This document shows, in pieces, positions 63,088 through 63,895 of a stretch of 63,895 nucleotides of DNA; position 1 is the stretch's first letter; each line of letters begins with the position of its first letter. The DNA comes from Octopus bimaculoides (Eukaryota), in assembly GCF_001194135.2 (NCBI RefSeq), contig NC_068994.1, forward strand, positions 40,789,312-40,853,206, in the 5' to 3' direction. Below the pieces are notes generated by a model that was not told the origin of the DNA, did no database searches, and saw only the letters and a list, made by a program, of their open reading frames with translations. Both the position numbers and the translations under genes were made by a program.

Positions 63088-63487
63088 ATTGATTTCAAAT
63101 TTTGGCACCAGACCAGTAAGTTCAGGAATACAGGCGAGTTGATTGCTTCAACCCCAGTGCTCAACTGGTACTTATTTTATTGATCTTAAAAGGAGGAAAA
63201 GCAATGTAAACCTCTGCAGAATTTGAACCCAGAATGTGCAGACGGCAGAAATGCTGCAAAGCATTTTTTGCCTGGCATGCTAACAATTCTTTTCTACCTT
63301 AGACACAAGGCCTGAAATTTTTGGGGAAGGGGCCAGTCGATTAGATCAATGCCAGTACACAACTGGTAATTAATTTATTGACCTCGAAAGAATGAAAGGC
63401 AGAATTTGAACTCAGAATGTAAAAGACAGACGAAATACTACTAAGCATTTTGCCTATCATGCTAACAATTCTGCCAGCTCACTGCCT
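63088..63487 (-). mobile_element. Two head-to-tail family C SINEs
   Basis: Two GAATTTGAAC(C/T)CAGAATGT B-box rc motifs, with cores and tails. Confidence 0.8.
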
Positions 63488-63895
63488 CGAAGCTGCTTAC
63501 ATATTTTCATATTTTTTTGTTTTCAATTCATGCACAATGTAAAAAATTTTTTGCTGGGTTACTCAGTCAAAAATCCATTTGTTTCTCTATTGATACAGTG
63601 CTATCAATCTGGGGGTTTCTCTCATTTTTAGGCAGGGCTCAGCCAGGTTTCTCATTATGATAGATAATAGCATTATTTTATGGTTCTACGTTTCTTCAGA
63701 GTCAAATGCTCATGAGTTATCTGTGTAATACTTCGGTATCATACAGTAACAGACTTGATAATTCAAACTCATAAATTTTGTATGTTGTGGGAGATAGGCT
63801 GTAGAGTAATAAATTTTTGAAACATGCTATACTTATTGATATTTCATTATTAGTGCTTCCCAAAATTTTAAACACACACTCATACACATGTATAT

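Overview
AT-rich, repeat-saturated eukaryotic genomic DNA from a draft assembly, with many N-gaps that mostly abut (TA)n/(CA)n microsatellites. The SINE and LINE families resemble those of octopus (coleoid cephalopod); this assignment is from recognition, not a search. I could not identify any host protein-coding gene, rRNA, true tRNA gene or CRISPR array, and nearly all listed ORFs are microsatellite or N-gap artefacts. The window holds three tRNA-derived SINE groups (my labels: A with an internal microsatellite, B with a CORE-like domain, C with a Meta/MESC-like domain) and decayed non-LTR fragments (RTE, RTE-BovB, CR1-group, R4/Dong-like, Hero-like). It also holds Penelope-like element pieces, an internally deleted DD37D (maT-type) transposon with both TIRs, and hAT-, piggyBac-, pogo- and Helentron-type non-autonomous elements. 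A 2.8-kb Mag-type Gypsy lacking RT/RNase H appears to be nested in a DD34D-type mariner. The most interesting signals are hammerhead-ribozyme-like motifs in three Penelope-type terminal repeats, a ~140-bp-arm foldback hairpin, stem-conserved tandem hairpin units in the RTE 3' UTR, and an apparent CpG-retaining domain at ~35-58.6 kb between CpG-depleted flanks. Coordinates of decayed elements are approximate (about +/-10-20 bp) and all identities are hand counts.
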